From assembly GCA_050298595.1 (NCBI GenBank), contig JBNKUM010000101.1:32001-96000 (forward strand): a stretch of 64,000 nucleotides of DNA. Reading direction: 5' to 3'. The position numbers were made by a program, and so were the translations under genes. The notes beneath the pieces are model-generated. The model ran no database searches and had not been told where the DNA came from. It was given only the letters and a program-made list of their open reading frames with translations. Of the stretch, positions 61,668-64,000 are shown piece by piece. This stretch comes from Gammaproteobacteria bacterium. GTDB lineage: Bacteria; Pseudomonadota; Gammaproteobacteria; GCA-001735895. The number at the start of each line of letters is the position of its first letter. Positions within the stretch are counted from its first letter, which is position 1.

Positions 61668-62663
61668 TTAATTATTGCTTGTTTCATCGTAGGGCAATGA
61701 CTGAAGCTTTATTGCTGAATCTGGCTGATCCAGCAAAACCAGATCATCGGCTTCAGCCTTTTCGATCTGGGCAATGAACAACATCAGACAGCTATTATCG
61801 TTTACACAAATAGCATCCACAACCTTTCCTGCACCATCTTTGCTCTCCGCATCACGGCTTTTGAGTTCATCGCCCGGCAATGGGCATTGAGCAGAATCTA
61901 GCTGCGCCAGGTACATACGCCGTTTTAGCTTACCGAGATACTGCATACGCGCGACAACTTCCTGTCCAGGGTAGCAACCTTTTTTGAAACTGACGCCACC
62001 CAGTAGCTGCAGGTTGCTCATCTGTAATACAAAGGCCAGCATGGTTTGTGGATATAGGGTTGGTATTCCAGCCTGTATCTCCTGTAATCGCCAGCTGTCT
62101 GCAACTGAAAGACTGACTTTTTCAGACAGTGTTGTTTGCAGTTCAATTGCTTCATCTTCATCATTGCTCAGCATCAGGTAACGCTGTTGTCCATCGCTAC
62201 TATGAACATGTGCGGATATCAGTGAATCAGATTGATAAACCTCGTTTAGTTGAACGGGGAATCTTTCATCTGCAGGCAAAAGGTCAGGGCTTGAGCTTAT
62301 GCCTGTGATGGCAAAAGATTCAGTGATGTCAGCCATGACTACCTGAGCTCGGATGACGTATTTCTGCAGCTGTTGCATCACATCCTGCAAAATCGACTGA
62401 GGCATGATCAACAGGTAACCACCATCGATCTGGATCACGCGGAAGATGGCAATCATGCGTCCCTTGGCATTTGAAAAAGAGCTTAGCTGGGTCTTATTCG
62501 CATCGATATGGGTAATATCGTTACTCAACTGGTTTTGCAAAAACTCCTGAGCATCTGCACCACCTACATACAATATGCCGGTATCGCTCAGGGCGCATAG
62601 CGTGTTCTGAGACTGTGCAGGTAACAGTTGCTGGGACGCTGTAAATTGTTGCCATTTATTCAT
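61668..62663 (-). CDS. ygfZ: Folate-binding Fe-S/tRNA-modification protein
   Basis: G.DA..FLQNQ, KGCYPGQEVVAR. Confidence 0.92.
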   Translation of the reverse strand: MNKWQQFTASQQLLPAQSQNTLCALSDTGILYVGGADAQEFLQNQLSNDITHIDANKTQLSSFSNAKGRMIAIFRVIQIDGGYLLIMPQSILQDVMQQLQKYVIRAQVVMADITESFAITGISSSPDLLPADERFPVQLNEVYQSDSLISAHVHSSDGQQRYLMLSNDEDEAIELQTTLSEKVSLSVADSWRLQEIQAGIPTLYPQTMLAFVLQMSNLQLLGGVSFKKGCYPGQEVVARMQYLGKLKRRMYLAQLDSAQCPLPGDELKSRDAESKDGAGKVVDAICVNDNSCLMLFIAQIEKAEADDLVLLDQPDSAIKLQSLPYDETSNN

Positions 62664-63733
62664 AGTGATACATCCAGTTTATGGTTTTGCCGGGCTATAG
62701 CCCAGTCTATGTGTTCGCTTACCAGGGGTATTGCTGTGGCTTGAGCTCTTTTTAATGCGGTTAAGATATGCGGGCTACCGGCTGCGTTTCCAAGAGCGAT
62801 CGCCAGATTTCTACACCATCTCTGATAGCCAATACGTCTAATAGGTGAACCTTCAAAGCGATCCAGAAACTGTATTTCAGTCCAGCTAAAGCATTCTAGC
62901 AGGCTGATGTCATCAAGATGATGACGCGCCTTGAAATCAGACTCACTACTGAATTTTTCAAACCGATTCCAGGGGCAATATAGCTGACAGTCGTCACAGC
63001 CATAGATACGATTCCCAATAGCCTCGCGGTACTCTTCTGCTATCACCGAATGATGTTCGATAGTCAGATAGGAAATACATCGGCGCGCATCAACCATATA
63101 GGGTGCAACGATAGCTTTGGTCGGGCATTTATCGATACAGCTGCTACAGTCGCCACAGTGTGGGTCTAATGGATGATCGATGTGTAATTTTAAGTCTGTG
63201 TAAATTTCTCCCAGAAAAAACCATGATCCATGTTCGCGATGTAGAATATTGCTGTGTTTTCCACGCCAGCCCAGGCCGGCTTTTACTGCCAGTTCTTTCT
63301 CTAAAACAGGGGCGCTATCGGTAAAAACACGATAGCCAAAATCACCGATGATAGCCTGGATCTCTTCAGCCAGTTTTTTCAGGCGCTTACGCATCAGCTT
63401 ATGATAATCACGTCCTAATGCATATCGGGATACGTAGGCTTTGTCAGGGTGATCGAGTAAATCAATAAGTGGCTCTGAACTATCAGCAAGATAATCCAGA
63501 CGCACACAGATGACCGACAATGTTCCTGGATGCATCTGCTCCGGGTGCAGTCTTTTCTCGGTATTGCGTTGCATATAGGCCATCTCACCGTGATAGTTGT
63601 TTGCTATCCAGTTCCGGTAATGACGATGCTGGGTGTCGAGCTTTGTATCGGTGATGCCAACCGCCTGAAAGCCCAGCTGTTGCCCAAGCAGTTTAATCTG
63701 CTGGCTAAATCGAGGGGAGTTAATTGAATTCAA
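62660..63733 (-). CDS. queG: Epoxyqueuosine reductase
   Basis: SRYALGRDYH, DSAPVLE, CGDCSSCIDKCPT, RCISYLTIE, YGCDDCQLYCPWN; probable TTG start at 63733. Confidence 0.95.
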   Translation of the reverse strand: MNSINSPRFSQQIKLLGQQLGFQAVGITDTKLDTQHRHYRNWIANNYHGEMAYMQRNTEKRLHPEQMHPGTLSVICVRLDYLADSSEPLIDLLDHPDKAYVSRYALGRDYHKLMRKRLKKLAEEIQAIIGDFGYRVFTDSAPVLEKELAVKAGLGWRGKHSNILHREHGSWFFLGEIYTDLKLHIDHPLDPHCGDCSSCIDKCPTKAIVAPYMVDARRCISYLTIEHHSVIAEEYREAIGNRIYGCDDCQLYCPWNRFEKFSSESDFKARHHLDDISLLECFSWTEIQFLDRFEGSPIRRIGYQRWCRNLAIALGNAAGSPHILTALKRAQATAIPLVSEHIDWAIARQNHKLDVSL

Positions 63734-64000
63734 TCGGCATCCTCGGTACACGAAGCTTCAAAATTGAAGTACATGGCGTCTTTGTTAAGTTGGTAACTCC
63801 AGGGTAAGCATGCACATTTCCAGCCGTTTACGCTGCGTTGTACTTTCTTCACAGCAGTTTTAACCTTAAGGCCCTCGAAGCTCTGATGCTGAGAATAAAT
63901 CGTTTTAGTCTTTCAGGCATTTCATTTTTATCTATCGCCAGCAGTTGCGATGAACAAAAACTGGCAAAGCTGATCGAAAATAGTATTTGAGTACGCATTA

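Noticed and set aside
63734-64000. Possible decayed small secreted-protein gene upstream of queG
   Set aside because: Signal-peptide-like start but broken frames and no recognisable family; at the window edge

Overview
A gammaproteobacterial chromosome segment. Housekeeping flanks include the 3' end of a group 3d NAD-reducing [NiFe]-hydrogenase operon (hoxY/hoxH/hoxW), monomeric icd, msrA, a selD fusion, dauA, frameshifted prfB-lysS, ygfZ and queG. Between them lies a decayed accessory region of about 23 kb that starts right after tRNA-Pro(CGG) at 16.7 kb. The main candidate for a new system is a tightly coupled four-gene operon (25867->19031, minus strand): an unknown coiled-coil/beta-rich protein, a PomA/MotA-like subunit, a PomB/MotB-like OmpA-domain subunit, and a 1417-aa SF1 (UPF1/DNA2-like) helicase. 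No flagellar genes are nearby. It resembles Zorya in logic but matches no Zorya type I know, because the A subunit has no tail and the effector is an SF1 helicase. The region also holds a ruined integron integrase beside a cassette-like gene pair, two pieces of a Y1/RAYT-like transposase, MITE-like repeats, a GH16-CBM2 glycanase and an N-methylproline demethylase-like gene. Many unannotated gene relics occur across the window (btuB with a cobalamin riboswitch, EAL, DUF599, DUF4266/DUF3570, an epimerase tail, cusA), suggesting ongoing genome erosion. All family assignments come from motif recognition by eye; no database search was run.
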